From NCBI RefSeq assembly GCF_009914755.1, contig NC_060935.1: a DNA stretch of 64,000 nucleotides; one strand, 5' to 3'. This document shows, one piece after another, positions 59,880 to 64,000 of the stretch. The translations under genes were made by a program, and so were the position numbers. This DNA comes from the human T2T-CHM13v2.0 reference genome, Homo sapiens. Each line of letters begins with the position of its first letter. The stretch's first letter is position 1. Under the pieces are notes generated by a model. The model was given only the letters and a program-made list of their open reading frames with translations, did not search any database and had not been told where the DNA came from.

Positions 59880-62745
59880 GCTCAACTTTTAATTTCAGGC
59901 AGTACATGTGCAGGTTTGTTACATGAGTAAATTGCATGTCACCGGGGTTTGGTGGACAAATTATTTCATCACCCAGGTAGTGAGCATATGACATTTCCTG
60001 CCCAAATCTCAGGTTGAAATATAATCCCCATTGCTGAAGGTGGGGCTTGGTGGGAGGTGACTGGATCATGGGGACAGATTTCTCATGCATAGTTTAGAAC
60101 CATCTTCTTGATGTTGTTCTCATGATAGTGAGTGAGTTCTCATGAAGTCTGGTTGTTTAAAAATGTATGGCACTGCCTACTTCTCTATTAGTCCTCCTCT
60201 GGACATCAGATGTGCCTGCTCCATCTTCACCTTCCACAGTGATTTTAAGTTTCCTGAGGCCTTCCCAGAAGCCGAGCCTATGCCAGCATCATGCTTCCCG
60301 TAAGCCTGCAGAACCATTATTTCTTTACAGCAATGTGAAAATGAATTAATACAGCATAGTACCCAAAAGGTAGTTTTTTGAACCCCATACTCTTCCCACA
60401 ATGCCCCTTCAAGTAGGCCTGAGTGTCTGCTGTTCCTATCTTTGTGTCCATGTGTATTCAAAGTTTTACTCCCCCTTATATGTGAAAAGAGGTGGTTTTG
60501 GTTTTCTGTTCATGCATTAATTCACCTAGGATAATGGCCTCAAGCCACATCCATGTAGCTGCAAAGGACATGATTTTGTTCTTTTTATGGCTACATAGTA
60601 TTCCATGGTATATATGTACCACATTTTCTTTAACCAGTCCACTGCTGAAGGGCACCTTGATTTCATGTCTTTGCTATTGTGAATACTGCTGCAATGAACA
60701 TACAAGCGTATGTGTCTTTTTGGTAGAATGATTTATACTCCTTTGGGTATATAGTAATAGGATTTTGGGGTCAATGGGTAGCTCTAAGTTATGTGAGAAA
60801 TATCCAAACTTCTTTCCACAGTGGCTGAACTAATTTACATTCCCACCAACAGAGTATAAGTGTTCCATTTTCTCTGCAACCTCACCAGCATCTGTAATTT
60901 TTTTACTTTTTAGTAATAGTCATTTCTCACTGGTATGAGATGATATCTCATTGAGGTTTTCATTTGCATTTCTCTAATGATTAATAATGCTGAGCATTCC
61001 TTTATATGCTTGTTGGCCACGTATATGTCTTCTTTTGAGAAGGATATCTTTATGTCCTTTGCCCATTTTTAATGGAGTTATGTGTTTTACATGTTGATTT
61101 AAACTGTTTATAGATTCTGGATATTAGACATTTGTCAGGTCCATAGTTTGGAAGTATTCACTCCCATTCTGTATGTTGTCTATTCAGTCTATTGATAGCT
61201 TCTTTTGCTGTGCCAAAGGTCTTTAGTTTAATGAGTTCCTACTTGTATATTTTTGTTTTGTTGCAACGGCTTTTGGAGATTTCATCATGAAATATTTCCC
61301 AAGGCCTTTGTCCAGAATGGTATTTCCTAGGTTTTATTCTAGGATTTTTATAGTTTTAGTTATAATATTATGCTTAAGTTTTTAATTTATTTTGAATTGA
61401 TTTTTGTGTATGATGAAAGGAAGAGGTCCAGTTTCAATCTACTGGGTATGGTTAGCCAGTTAGCCCAGCACTGTGTATTGAATAAGGAGTCTTTTGCCCA
61501 CTCCTTGTTATTGTTGACTTTGTCAAAGATCAGATGGTTGTAGGTGTGTGGCTTTGTTTCTGGTTTCTCTAACCTGTTCCATTTGTCTATTTGTACCAGT
61601 AAAATGCTGCTTTGCTTACTGTAGCCTTATAGTATAGTTTGAAATCAGGTGATGTGATGCCTCTGGTTTTGTTATTTTTGTTTAGGAACGCTTTGGCTCT
61701 TTGCATTCTTTTTTGTTTGTTTTATATGAATTTTAGAATAGTTTCCCTAATTCTGAGAAGATGTTGGTAGTTTGATAGGAATAATGTTGAATCTCTGAAT
61801 TGCTTTGGGCAGTGTGGTTATTTTAACAAAATTGATTCTTCCTATCCACGGGCATGAAATGTTTTCCCATTTGTTTGTGTCCTCTCTGATTTCTTTCAAC
61901 AGTGCTTTGTAATTCTCATTGTAGCGATCATTCACCTGCACAGTTAACTGTAATCCTAGGTATTTTATTCTTTTTGTAACTATTTTGATTGGGACTGACT
62001 TCTTGATGTGGCTCTCAGCTTGGATGTTATTGATATGTAGAAATGCTACTGATTTTTGTATATCAATTTGTCTTAAATTTTCGCTGAAATTGTTTATCAG
62101 ATCTAGGAGCCTATAGGCAAAGACTACGGGATTTTCTAGGTATAGAAACATGTCATCTGAAAATAGGGATAGTTTAACTTCCTCTCTGCCCATTTGGATG
62201 CCTTTTATTTCTTTCTCTTGCTTGACGCTCTGGCTAGGACTTCCAATACTATGCAGAGTAAGAGTGGTAAAAGTGGACAGCCTTGCTTTGTTTCAGTTCT
62301 CAAAAGGAATGCTTCTAGCTTTTGCCCATTTAGTATGATGTTGGCTGTTAGTTTCTCATAGACAGTTCTTATTATTTTGAGGTATAATCCTTCAATACCT
62401 AGTTTATTGAGTGTTTTTAGTATAAAAGGATGCTGAATTATGTCAAAAGCCTTTTCTGTCTCTATTGAGATGGTTACATGGTCTTTGCTTTTAGTTCTGT
62501 TAAAGAGATGAATCACATTTATTGATCTGTGTAGGTTGAACCAGCCTTGCATCCCAGGAACATAAAGCGAACTTGCTTATAGGGGATTAGCTCTTTGATG
62601 TGCTGCTGGATTAAGTTTGCTAGCATTTTGTTGAGGATTTTTTTCATCTATTTTTATCAGGAATATTGGCCTGCTAGTTTCATCAGGAATATATTGTATC
62701 TCTGCCAGGTTTTGTTATCAGGATGACACTGGCCTCATAGAATGA
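59880..62745 (-). mobile_element. Older L1 (L1PA15/16-like), 3' end to RT region, interrupted by an MST LTR
   Basis: Minus-strand ORF2 fragments (MQGWFNL..., LSLFSDDM) and the 3' UTR gtaaattgcatgtcaccggggtttgg. Confidence 0.92.
59989..60353 (+). mobile_element. MST (MSTA-like) MaLR solo LTR nested in the L1 3' UTR
   Basis: TG...CA termini, ttaagtttcctgaggccttcccagaagc. 5-bp TSD GCATA at 59984-59988 and 60354-60358. Confidence 0.9.
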
Positions 62746-63668
62746 CTTTTGTCAGATGTATGCTTTGCAGATATTTTCTTCTGTGCTAAACAAATCTACA
62801 AGAAAATAAAAACCATTAAAAAGTGGGCAAAAGACATGAACAGACACTTCTCAAAAGAAGATATACAGGTGGCCAAGAAGCATGTGAAATAAAAGCCCAG
62901 TATCACTGATCTTTAGGGAAATGCAAGTCAAAACCGCAATGGGATGCCATCTCCCATCAGTCTAAATGGCTAGTATTAAAAAGTCAAAAAAGAACAGATG
63001 CTGGCGAGGTTGTGGAGAAAAGGGAATGCTTATGCACTGTTGGTGGGAGTGTAAATTAGTTCAACCATTGTGGAAAGCAGTGTGGTGATTCCTCAAAGAG
63101 CTAAAAACAGGACAACCATTCAACCCATTAATCCTACTACTGGGTATATACCCAAAGGTATATAAATTGTTCTACCATAAAAACACATGTGTATGTTCAC
63201 TGCAGCACTATTCACAATAGCAAAGACATGGAATCAACCCAAATGCCCATCAATGGTATACTGGATAATGAAAATATCAAACATATACACCATGGAATTC
63301 TACACAGCAATAAAAAATAAAGCCATAAAAAATAAGATCATGAGATCATGTCCTTTTCAGAAACATGAATGGAGCTAAAGGCCATTATTCTTAGCAAACT
63401 AATGCAGAAACAGAAAACCACATGTTCTCACCTATAAGTGGGAGCTAAATGATGAAAACACATGGACACAGAGAAGGGAACAACAGATACTGGGGCCTAC
63501 TGGAGGGTGAAGGATGTGAAGAGGGAGAGGATCAAAAAGAATTAACTATTGGGTACTAGGCATAATACCTTGGTGACAAAATAATTTGTAGAATAAATTC
63601 CCATGACTCAAGTTTACCTATATAACAAACCTGCACATGTACCCTTGAACGTAAAAGTTTTGAAAAAA
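62746..63668 (+). mobile_element. Older L1PA 3' end with a short inverted 5' segment
   Basis: 62746-62785 is antisense L1 (ttgtcagatgtatgctttgcagatattttct). From about 62786 it is sense ORF2 end plus 3' UTR to an A-rich tail. Confidence 0.88.
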
Positions 63669-63669
63669 G

Positions 63670-64000
63670 AAATTCTTCTACTGAATTTTTTATTTCTAGA
63701 AGTTCAGTTTGGTTTGTTCTTAAAATGGCTGTGTCATCTTTCAACTCTTGAGTCATTTTACTGCTTTCCTTGAACTGTGTTTCAACCTTCTTCAGTATCT
63801 CATTGAGCTTCCTTGCCATCAGATTCTGAATTCTTTATCTGTCATTTTAGCCATTTCAATCAGGTTAAGAACCATTGCTGGGGAGCTGGTTCAGTCACTG
63901 GTAGGTAAGACGACACTCTGGCCTTTAGAGTTACCAGAATTCTTTCCCTGGTTCTTTCTCTGCGTTGGCTGATGTTCCCTTAATCTTTGAAGTTGCTGTC
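63670..64000 (-). mobile_element. L1 ORF1 N-terminal region, continues beyond window end
   Basis: Minus-strand coiled-coil-like translation MARKLNEILKKVETQFKES...NQTELLEIKNS. Confidence 0.8.

Overview
This is primate DNA, almost certainly human, from the class I olfactory receptor cluster on chr11p15.4 next to the beta-globin locus. The identification comes from my recognition of the proteins and their order, not from a database search. Five single-exon OR51 loci are present: OR51J1 (+), OR51Q1 (+), OR51K1P (-), OR51I1 (-) and OR51I2 (+). Only OR51I1 is intact in this haplotype. OR51J1 is a full-length ORF with two compensating frameshifts, OR51Q1 has a stop at codon 236, OR51K1P has a 1-bp deletion, and OR51I2 has a CA duplication. 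The rest is mostly interspersed repeats: a full-length L1PA3-like element, truncated L1s, Alus, solo LTRs and Tigger/MER DNA transposon relics. I found no new multi-gene system. The best leads are structural: two L1s inserted at the same nick, a 3' transduction, a twin-primed mini-L1, two templated-insertion patchworks flanking OR51Q1 (one with a perfect 31-bp inverted repeat), a 190-bp dispersed duplication, a G-rich expansion in an LTR12, and a recurring homeodomain+O/E-like motif. Repeat subfamily names are by eye and approximate.
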